Positions 18,769 through 25,214 of a stretch of 64,000 nt of DNA are shown piece after piece; the stretch's first letter is position 1; each line of letters starts with the position of its first letter. The stretch comes from Gaiellaceae bacterium (GTDB taxonomy: Bacteria; Actinomycetota; Thermoleophilia; Gaiellales; Gaiellaceae). The stretch lies in assembly GCA_036273695.1 (NCBI GenBank), contig DASUHE010000066.1:12160-76159 (forward strand). Reading direction: 5' to 3'. Under the pieces are notes generated by a model. It saw only the letters and a list, made by a program, of their open reading frames with translations. It did no database searches and was not told where the DNA came from. Position numbers and translations under genes: made by a program.

Positions 18769-19422
18769 TTAGTAGTAGTGCGTCTTGCCGGGTGCGAAGA
18801 CGTCGTATTCGCTCTTGATCTTCGATGCGATTAGGGCATGTGAGCGAGGGTCGCCACCTTCCCACTTCCGCTGAATCGCCCAGGTGCAGTAGTCGGCGAT
18901 CTGCAAGCACGGATCGCTCTCGTACGGCCAGAACGCTACGCGGTGGGTCAGCGTCGGAGAGACCTGAAAGCCCACGTCATCTACGGCGCGGTGGAAGATT
19001 CCGCGCCGTCTCTTGGTGCCGAGCGTGGCCGCAGTTACGAGCAACCGGTCTCCGAGTTTCACGATCCTCGGTGCCACATACTTGAAGTGGAGATACCACG
19101 CCATCTTGTAGAGCGCTGTATCGCTCTGAAGGTGGGGTTGTGTCTTGCGCTTTTCGAGAATCGTGGCGTCGACCCGAAAGACTGCGGACGCCAGAAGGTC
19201 GAACACGCGGTCCCTGACGGCTTGCTCATCCTCCGTCGCGTGGAACACGCGATCAAGGTAGACACCATCCCATGCCAGCGACCGGCGGAGGTCAATGAGG
19301 TCCTTGCCCACCTGGCAGTCATCGAGGGTGACGGTGGCCAGCACGAAGTAACGGGTCGCCCCGTGGCTGGTCGAGAAGTCGAAGTTGCCAGCTTCGTCCG
19401 CGAAGACGTATTTGTCAGCCAT
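18769..19422 (-). CDS. DUF3800 domain protein
   Basis: The N-terminus YVFADEAGNFDF and the C-terminal CLQIADYCTWAI match the DE(S/A)G ... QxAD signature of DUF3800. G+C is visibly lower than in the flanks. Confidence 0.7.
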   Translation of the reverse strand: MADKYVFADEAGNFDFSTSHGATRYFVLATVTLDDCQVGKDLIDLRRSLAWDGVYLDRVFHATEDEQAVRDRVFDLLASAVFRVDATILEKRKTQPHLQSDTALYKMAWYLHFKYVAPRIVKLGDRLLVTAATLGTKRRRGIFHRAVDDVGFQVSPTLTHRVAFWPYESDPCLQIADYCTWAIQRKWEGGDPRSHALIASKIKSEYDVFAPGKTHYY

Positions 19423-19470
19423 TGACAGCTGACAACCCTATCGGCGTCCGTTAGGCCATCCCTGGGCCGG

Positions 19471-19557
19471 TCCAGGCGGCGGGATTCGAACCCGCGAGGG
19501 GATTACTCCCCTACCGGCTTATCAGACCGGCGCTTTAGGCCACTCAGCCACGCCTCT
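19471..19557 (-). tRNA. class II (Ser-like, long variable arm) tRNA with anticodon GAU and mismatched terminal acceptor pairs; possibly a pseudogene
   Basis: Hand-folded 87-nt cloverleaf. It has a D arm GCT-GAGTGGCCTAA-AGC, an anticodon arm CCGGT-CTGATAA-GCCGG, an 18-nt variable arm and a T arm GCGGG-TTCGAAT-CCCGC. Acceptor pairs 3-7 are perfect; pairs 1:72 and 2:71 are mismatched. Confidence 0.7.
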
Positions 19558-19701
19558 GAGCATCGGGGCTTAGCCCCGACCTGAGAAGCCTAATACGGCA
19601 TGGCCTGACTGCAAGCGCCTCCCATGACAGTTGCCAATAGTGCGCCGTCCGCCCGCCTCCGTACGTTCATTGCGCTCCCAGCGCGGAGTTGGCTGCGGGG
19701 C

Positions 19702-19755
19702 ACGCGATAGGGCTGGTCGGGATTCAGGCCCCAAGCAGTACCAGCCCTATCGCGT
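19702..19755. repeat. perfect 15-bp inverted repeat (hairpin with 24-nt loop)
   Basis: ACGCGATAGGGCTGG (19702-16) pairs with CCAGCCCTATCGCGT (19741-55). It lies in an intergenic region, 14 nt upstream of the tRNA-like minihelix. Confidence 0.6.
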
Positions 19756-19769
19756 CCGAGAGAAACAGT

Positions 19770-19837
19770 GGGGGCGAAGTGGTCTGGGGCGGGTCTCTAA
19801 AGCCGATGCCCAGAGGGTTCGATTCCCTCCGCCTCCA
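19770..19837 (+). ncRNA. tRNA-like minihelix: 7-bp acceptor stem with G3:U70 and A73, canonical T arm, no D arm or regular anticodon arm
   Basis: GGGGGCG (19770-76) pairs with CGCCTCC (19830-36). The T arm is GAGGG-TTCGATT-CCCTC (19813-29) and the discriminator is A. Only 36 nt lie between the acceptor strand and the T stem. Confidence 0.35.
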
Positions 19838-19917
19838 CACTTTCTCTTCGGGTTCGAGACGCTACGCCTTTAACCACTCCCTTGCTAGTCCAGTCTTACG
19901 CGCTTACGATCCGACTT

Positions 19918-19964
19918 CGCCCGGTAGCTCCCGGTTTCTCCCGGAACGTCCGGGCCACTCCGGG
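19918..19964. promoter_or_regulatory. five heptamer repeats phased at exactly 10 nt; candidate operator array for the downstream RHH protein
   Basis: The repeats are CGCCCGG (19918), CTCCCGG (19928), CTCCCGG (19938), GTCCGGG (19948) and CTCCGGG (19958). The array ends about 20 nt before the ATG at 19984. Confidence 0.5.
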
Positions 19965-19983
19965 AAGCTATCGGCGCGATCGG

Positions 19984-20211
19984 ATGGCAAGCGATAAAAA
20001 GCCCACAAGACGCCTCGACTTCCAGATGTCGGAAGCGGTCGCCGCCCGGCTCGCCGAGCTACGTGCTTCTGTGAAAGACCAGGCGGGGCATTCTGTCCCG
20101 GTGCCACGGACGCTGGTCTCAGCGCTCATCATGGCGGAGACTCGCCGCGGCGAAGACCTAGAGCGCGAACTGCTGGTTCCGTTCCGGCTTTCGCACCCAG
20201 ACGCGGAGTAG
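19984..20211 (+). CDS. small ribbon-helix-helix-like DNA-binding protein (75 aa)
   Basis: Internal ATG at 19984. RRLDFQMSEAVAARLAELRASV then RTLVSALIMAE fits a beta-strand/helix/helix (RHH, CopG/Arc-like) pattern. The upstream part of the tracked ORF overlaps the repeat array. Confidence 0.5.
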   Translation: MASDKKPTRRLDFQMSEAVAARLAELRASVKDQAGHSVPVPRTLVSALIMAETRRGEDLERELLVPFRLSHPDAE

Positions 20212-20217
20212 CGAGTG

Positions 20218-20628
20218 CTATTGACCCGGCTCTTCTCCGGACTCCATTCGACGGCTGACTTCGTCCCATGCCCGCTCGGCGGCCTCCTTGAAGCTGATCG
20301 GCTCCGAGTCTTCGCGGACATGGCCTGTCGAGTGTCGATGCACGGCCGGATCGTGCGTCGGGTCCCTCTCCTCGCCCCAGATTTCTTCTCCGTCGATCAC
20401 GAGGAAGTACCCGTACTCCTCGCGGTGGACATGGTTCCCCTCCACGACGACCACCTCGTGAACATGCAGGAAGACTCCCCCCATCAGGTGATAGGCGTCG
20501 AATATCCGCCCGCGGAGGTCGTTTGAGCCCGCTTCCGCTGCACAGCCGCCCCAGAAGTCCCCGGTGGGGTAAAGCGAGAGTTCCCGAACCTGCTGCTCGC
20601 GCTGCGTGAAGTACTCCCAGATGTCCAC
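20218..20628 (-). CDS. hypothetical protein resembling the DUF6516 / TumE-like toxin family
   Basis: GTG start. The core YGYFLVIDGEEIWGEERDPTHDPAVHRHSTGHVREDSEPISFKEAAERAWDEV resembles the Y-x-Y ... RxD ... H ... HxH pattern I remember for DUF6516. This is a memory-based call. Confidence 0.45.
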   Translation of the reverse strand: MDIWEYFTQREQQVRELSLYPTGDFWGGCAAEAGSNDLRGRIFDAYHLMGGVFLHVHEVVVVEGNHVHREEYGYFLVIDGEEIWGEERDPTHDPAVHRHSTGHVREDSEPISFKEAAERAWDEVSRRMESGEEPGQ

Positions 20629-20801
20629 GCCCTCAACTTACCGAGGTTCTGCGCCGATGTTCTTACCCGTAGCTAACTGTCGGACGGCTACGTTTTGAGA
20701 AGGAATCAGGCACTCGACACGCAAGATCTAGCCGAACGAGGGGCTTGCCAACGTCCGGCTAAGGCATCAAGCTACGTGTGCTGAGCAGGAAAGGGTGGGC
20801 C

Positions 20802-21035
20802 ATGATCAAGACGTATTACGACGCATCGACTCTCGAGGCTGTTGTCTCGCATCTCGAAGAGACGTACGGCATGAGCTCAGAAGAGTTCACTGGCCGCATC
20901 GAGGCGGGCGAGGAGATCCCGGCCATGTCCGGGTTCCACCGTCATACATGGCTGAGCTTCTTCCGTGATATCCGCCGGCTTCGCGGCGACGCCTTCGCAA
21001 GCACGGCCGCACGGGTACTTACCGGCGCTCGTTAG
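20802..21035 (+). CDS. small hypothetical protein (77 aa), antitoxin-like composition
   Basis: The ATG at 20802 is preceded by GGAAAGGGTGGG. The sequence is MIKTYYDASTLEAVVSHLEETYGMSSEEF...HTWLSFFRDIRRL. No family firmly recognised. Confidence 0.45.
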   Translation: MIKTYYDASTLEAVVSHLEETYGMSSEEFTGRIEAGEEIPAMSGFHRHTWLSFFRDIRRLRGDAFASTAARVLTGAR

Positions 21036-21195
21036 GGCGACGCTTTTTCTTCCTCGGTTTGGCGACCGGCCGTTCTGGCGCGGTCTGTAAGGCTGCCCGG
21101 ATCGCTTCCTCGAACGGAAGCTCGACCCGGAGGGCGTCTGCTCTCTCGGGCAGCTTTCTCTGCTGCTCTGGCTGCTCTGAATTCTCGGCTGGCAC
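21019..21195 (-). CDS. possible 58-aa protein with basic tail, immediately downstream of the transposase
   Basis: A GTG lies a few nt after the transposase stop. The sequence is VPAENSEQ...LRVELPFEEAIRAALQTAPERPVAKPRKKKRRPNERR. Its 3' end overlaps the convergent gene 20802-21035 by 17 nt. Confidence 0.3.
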   Translation of the reverse strand: MPAENSEQPEQQRKLPERADALRVELPFEEAIRAALQTAPERPVAKPRKKKRRPNERR

Positions 21196-21199
21196 GTAC

Positions 21200-22150
21200 C
21201 TACATAGCGTACGTGAGGCGCTTGCCGACAACCCCTTTCAGAGCGGCCACGGTGCGGTCTGAATCCGTCCAGCCGTCACGGGCAAGGTGGTTGTAGCGGA
21301 AGTCGAACTCCGCGAGATACCGCGGTAGATGGGCTTCTGAGACGTGGTGGTACACGCCGTCGATGCCGCGCTTCAAGATCGAGAAGTAGTTCTCGGCCGT
21401 GTTCGTGTGGGCGTCACCGCGGACGTACTCGACGCTGTGATCAACCGTCGTGTGGCTCGCGTACTCCTTGCCGACCTTCTTGTACGACGGGTACGAGTCC
21501 GTCCGCAGGTGAGCCTCACGGGAGACGTTGCGCCGGATCGCGCGACCGAGCGTTTCGCCGGTCACGTTCGCGACGCGGAATGAGCGAGCCTGTCCGCCGC
21601 GCTCGACAAGTAGAAACACGGGTGTCTTGTCAGCGCCGCGGCCCGTCTGATTGCGGGGATCGGGCTTGGTCGGATCGAGCGAGCGATGCTTCTTGACGTT
21701 CGAGCGGCGCACCTTCCCGCCTACATAGGTCTCGTCAGCTTCCACCGTGCCGGTCAGCTGCCTCGCGAAAGGGGGCTGCTCCATCGCGTACCGGATCCGG
21801 TGCGCCATGAACCACGCCGACTTGTACGTGACGCCGAGCATCCGGTGCAGCTGGTGAGCGCTCATGCCCTTCTTCGAGCTACAGAGCAAGTAGAAGGCGA
21901 GCAGCCACTTGTGCAAGCCAATGTGCGAACCCTCGAAAATCGTCCCGACCGTCACCGTGTACTGCTTGCGGCAGGCAGCGCACTTCCAAAGCTTCCGCGT
22001 CTTCGACTTCAGCGCGTACGGCTTCCGCTCAGACTCGCCACAGTGCGGACAAACCGGGCCGTCGGGCCAGCGGATCGACTCTAGGTAGTCGGCTGCGGCC
22101 AGCGGGTCCTGGAACTTTTCGTCATAGACACCGAGAGCGAGGTCTTCCAT
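21200..22150 (-). mobile_element. IS1595-family (ISXO2-like) transposase gene; IS termini not located
   Basis: The N-terminal zinc ribbon is CPHCG...CAACRKQYTVTVGTIFE. An ISXO2-like DDE domain follows (VEADETYVGG ... RTDSYPSY ... HTNTAENYFS). G+C is lower than in the flanks. Confidence 0.85.
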
Positions 22151-22156
22151 GCCCGT

Positions 22157-22185
22157 ATTGTCTCAGCCCCGCTTGGGTTTGTCAA
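22157..22185 (-). promoter_or_regulatory. sigma-70-like promoter for a near-leaderless transposase mRNA
   Basis: The minus strand reads TTGACA (22185-22180), a 17-nt spacer, GACAAT (22162-22157), 6 nt, then the ATG at 22150. Confidence 0.45.
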
Positions 22186-22254
22186 GTATATAATTGCGAG
22201 AACACCTTATAGCTGACCTGGTTCGCTCCAGACCTCCCGCTTTACGATCGGCGC

Positions 22255-22938
22255 GTGCCTGATTCGACGCGGATCGAGGACACGCTCGTCCGCGGCTATC
22301 GCCAGCTCGCGCTCGAGACTCCGGCGCGCCCACGCGACGTCGTCCTCCGCACGCTCGACGTGCTCCTGTCGGCGCTGTTCCTGCTTCTCTCGCTGCCGAT
22401 CTCGCTCGCGATCGCGGCGATCGTGCTGGTGACGAGCGGGACGCCGATCCTCTACCGCGGCGAGCGTGTCGGCCGAGGCGCGCGCGTCTTCACGATGTAC
22501 AAGTTCCGGACGCTGCGCCGCGGCGCCGAGCGACGGCTCGGCGCGTATCTCGGCGAGGAGCTCGTGCAGCGCACGCAGGCCGAGTTCACGCCGGTCGGAC
22601 GCTGGCTCAAGGCGACGCAACTCGACGAGATCCCGCAGTTCGTGAACGTGCTTCGTGGCGACATGAGCCTCGTCGGGCCGCGCCCGATCCGGCCCGTCTT
22701 CTTCGAGGAGCTCGCCCACGAGCTGCCCTCGTACTGGCAGCGGCTCGTGGTCCGGCCCGGCCTGACAGGCTTCGCCCAGGTTCGTCGCGGCTACGAGACC
22801 TCGATGGGAGAGAAGCTCGCCCACGATCTCGAGTGGATCGCCGACCGGTCGGTGCGCCTCTACCTGCGTACGGTGGTCGCCACGGGCTGGCGCGTGCTCC
22901 GACAGTCGGTCGGAGGACTCGTGCGGCGCGGCGCCTAA
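22255..22938 (+). CDS. undecaprenyl-phosphate sugar phosphotransferase (bacterial sugar transferase family)
   Basis: GTG start. There is one TM segment, then KFRTL, DEIPQFVNVLRGDMSLVGPRP and PGLTGFAQV. Confidence 0.85.
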   Translation: MPDSTRIEDTLVRGYRQLALETPARPRDVVLRTLDVLLSALFLLLSLPISLAIAAIVLVTSGTPILYRGERVGRGARVFTMYKFRTLRRGAERRLGAYLGEELVQRTQAEFTPVGRWLKATQLDEIPQFVNVLRGDMSLVGPRPIRPVFFEELAHELPSYWQRLVVRPGLTGFAQVRRGYETSMGEKLAHDLEWIADRSVRLYLRTVVATGWRVLRQSVGGLVRRGA

Positions 22939-22947
22939 GGTAGAGCC

Positions 22948-24837
22948 ATGTGCGGGATCTGCGGGATCGCGACGACGCACGGCGGCCCGGACGTCTCGTC
23001 GCTGCGCGCGATGAGCGACCTCCTCGTCCACCGCGGCCCCGACAGCGCCGGCGAGCATGTCGACACCGGCATCGCACTCGCGGCGCGTCGCCTCTCGATC
23101 ATCGACCTCGCGCACGGCGACCAGCCCATCGCGAACGAGGACGGAAGCTGCGTCGTCGTCCAGAACGGCGAGATCTACAACTATCCGGAGCTACGGCGAG
23201 AGCTCGAGCGCGCAGGGCACGAGCTGAGGACACGCTGCGACACCGAGGCGCTCGTCCACCTGTACGAGGATCATGGGCCGGGCTTCGCGGAGCGGCTTCG
23301 CGGCATGTTCGCGGTCGCGATCTGGGACGCGCGCCGCCGCCGGCTCGTGCTCGCGCGCGATCCCTACGGGATCAAGCCGCTCTACTACCGCCACGTCGGC
23401 GACGAGCTGCGCTTCGCCTCGGAGGTGCGCGCGCTGCCGCGCGGCGAGATCGACCTCGACGCGCTCGAGGCCTTTCTCGCCTTCAACTCGATCCCGGCGC
23501 CCTACTCGATCTTCCGCGACGTGCGGAAGCTGCCGGCGGGCCACGTGCTCGTCTGGGAGGACGGCGCGGCCTCGCTCGAGCGCTACGCACGGCCTGGTCC
23601 GGCGGCCGCTGACGAGCTGCGGACGGGCGACGAGGCCGAGCTCGTCGAGGAGGTGCGGACGCGCCTGCGCGACTCCGTACGGGCGCATCTCCTCTCGGAC
23701 GTGCCGGTCGGCGTCCTGCTCTCCGGCGGCGTCGACTCGGCGGCGCTCGCCGCGCTCGCCGCGCAGGAGACCCCGGAACCGGTGCACACGTTCACGATCG
23801 GCTTCGAGGAGCGGAGCTTCGACGAGCGCGCCGACGCGCGGCTGGTTGCAGAGCGGTACGGGACGGAGCACCACGAGCTCCTGATCAGGCCCGAGCCGGA
23901 GCTCCTGCTGCGCGCGCTCGCGGACGCGTTCGACGAGCCGTTCGCCGACTCCTCGGCGCTGCCGACGTATCTCGTCTCGCAGCTCGCGGCCGAGCACGTC
24001 AAGGTCGCGCTGTCGGGCGAGGGCGGCGACGAGCTGTTCGGCGGCTACTACACGTACGCGGCCGACCTCTTCGCCGATCGGGTCGCGCCGCTCGCACGGA
24101 TCGCGCGCCCGCTCGTCGAGGCGCTGCCGGCTTCGACCCGCAGAGCGAGCCTCGACTACAAGGCGAAGCGGTTCGTGCGCGCCGCGCACCTGCCGCCGCT
24201 CGAGCGGCATCACGGCTGGAAGGAGATCTTCTCCCCCGGCGCCCGGGCCGAGCTGACTGGCAGCCGCGCCGCGTTCGATCCGGTGGACGTCTACCGCGCC
24301 CGGTACGACGAGACCGCGGGCGCGCCGCAACTGGCGCGACTCCAGGACGTCGACTTCGGCGTCTACCTCGTCGACGACCTGCTCGTGAAGACCGATCGCG
24401 CCTCGATGGCTCACTCGCTCGAGGTGCGCGTCCCCTTCCTCGACCCGCTCGTGACGAATCTCGCCTTCGCGCTGCCGACGCGCCAGAAGGTGCGCGGCTT
24501 CGCCAAGAAGGTGCTCCTGCGCAAGGCGGTGGAGCCGCTGGTTCCGGCCGAGGTGGTGCACGGCCGTAAGCGCGGGTTCTCGATCCCTGCGGCGGCGTGG
24601 CTGCGCGGCGAGCTCGAGCCGTTCGCACGCGAGACGCTCGCGCCGGCGACGCTCGAGCGCCAGGGCTTTTTCCGTCCGGAACCGGTGAAGCGGCTGCTCG
24701 ACGAGCACACGGCCGGGCGGGAAGACTGGAGCCGCCAGCTCTGGGGGCTGCTCGCGTTCACGCTCTGGTACGAGCGGCACGTCGAGGAGGAACCGCCGCG
24801 GCTGCGCTCGGCCCGGATGGAAGCCCTCGTCGCGTGA
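22948..24837 (+). CDS. asnB: asparagine synthase (glutamine-hydrolysing) family amidotransferase
   Basis: The N-terminal nucleophile is MCGICGI and the PP-loop is LLSGGVDSAA. The protein is 629 aa. Confidence 0.9.
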   Translation: MCGICGIATTHGGPDVSSLRAMSDLLVHRGPDSAGEHVDTGIALAARRLSIIDLAHGDQPIANEDGSCVVVQNGEIYNYPELRRELERAGHELRTRCDTEALVHLYEDHGPGFAERLRGMFAVAIWDARRRRLVLARDPYGIKPLYYRHVGDELRFASEVRALPRGEIDLDALEAFLAFNSIPAPYSIFRDVRKLPAGHVLVWEDGAASLERYARPGPAAADELRTGDEAELVEEVRTRLRDSVRAHLLSDVPVGVLLSGGVDSAALAALAAQETPEPVHTFTIGFEERSFDERADARLVAERYGTEHHELLIRPEPELLLRALADAFDEPFADSSALPTYLVSQLAAEHVKVALSGEGGDELFGGYYTYAADLFADRVAPLARIARPLVEALPASTRRASLDYKAKRFVRAAHLPPLERHHGWKEIFSPGARAELTGSRAAFDPVDVYRARYDETAGAPQLARLQDVDFGVYLVDDLLVKTDRASMAHSLEVRVPFLDPLVTNLAFALPTRQKVRGFAKKVLLRKAVEPLVPAEVVHGRKRGFSIPAAAWLRGELEPFARETLAPATLERQGFFRPEPVKRLLDEHTAGREDWSRQLWGLLAFTLWYERHVEEEPPRLRSARMEALVA

Positions 24838-25214
24838 ACGCGCTCCCTCCGTTTGGGCTGGGCCGTCCGCGCACAGAGCTGCGCCGGCAGCTCGTCGACG
24901 CGGCATTGCGCGGCGAGAAGACCGCGACCGCCGGGCTGCTCGCGGAATACGAGGCGGACGGCGAGCAGCCGGAGACCGTCGGCAGCCGCGCCGCCCTGCT
25001 CGGCTACGACGACGAGCCCGTCGCGGTCGTCGAGATAACCGAGTCGCGCGTCGTCCCGGCAGCCGAGATCGACACGCGTTTCGCCCGCGACGAGGGTGAG
25101 GGCTACGCGTCGGCGAGCGAGTGGCGAGCCGCGCACGAGCGTTTCTTCGGCCGGTCGATCGAACCGGGGACGGAGATCGTCGCGATCCGCTTCCGGGTGG
25201 TGGAGCGCCTCTGA
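24834..25214 (+). CDS. ASCH domain protein
   Basis: GTG overlaps the asnB stop. LRGEKTATAG ... FARDEGEGYASASEWRAAHERFF is the typical ASCH pattern. Confidence 0.65.
   Translation: MNALPPFGLGRPRTELRRQLVDAALRGEKTATAGLLAEYEADGEQPETVGSRAALLGYDDEPVAVVEITESRVVPAAEIDTRFARDEGEGYASASEWRAAHERFFGRSIEPGTEIVAIRFRVVERL

Noticed and set aside
18467-19425. ORFs 18467..18910 (minus), 18825..19085 and 18943..19425 (plus)
   Set aside because: They overlap the DUF3800 gene, which has recognisable motifs. They lack any motif and have odd composition.
19788-19810. The CUCUAAA loop (anticodon CUA) as an amber-suppressor or pyrrolysine tRNA
   Set aside because: The flanking stem has two central mismatches in any 5-6-bp register, and no D stem can be formed. 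The molecule is about the right length for tRNA-Pyl but does not fold like it.
19472-19837. A one-piece tmRNA (ssrA) spanning 366 nt, from the GGATTCGAA element to the G3:U70 acceptor 3' strand
   Set aside because: The size and the 3' end are tmRNA-like. However, the would-be 5' acceptor strand (CCAGGCG) mismatches CGCCTCC at pairs 1 and 2. The 5' region is better explained as the reverse complement of a complete tRNA cloverleaf. No tag reading frame ending in a hydrophobic ...LAA-type peptide was found.
19904-19911. The 8-nt direct repeat TTACGATC (also at 22242-22249) as island att sites
   Set aside because: Only 8 nt match, with no extension on either side. This is compatible with chance given the windows compared.
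19918-19964. The phased repeats as a mini CRISPR array or a type III toxin-antitoxin RNA repeat
   Set aside because: The units are only 7 nt on a 10-nt period, with no spacers of CRISPR size and no cas or toxin gene. An operator array is the simpler reading.
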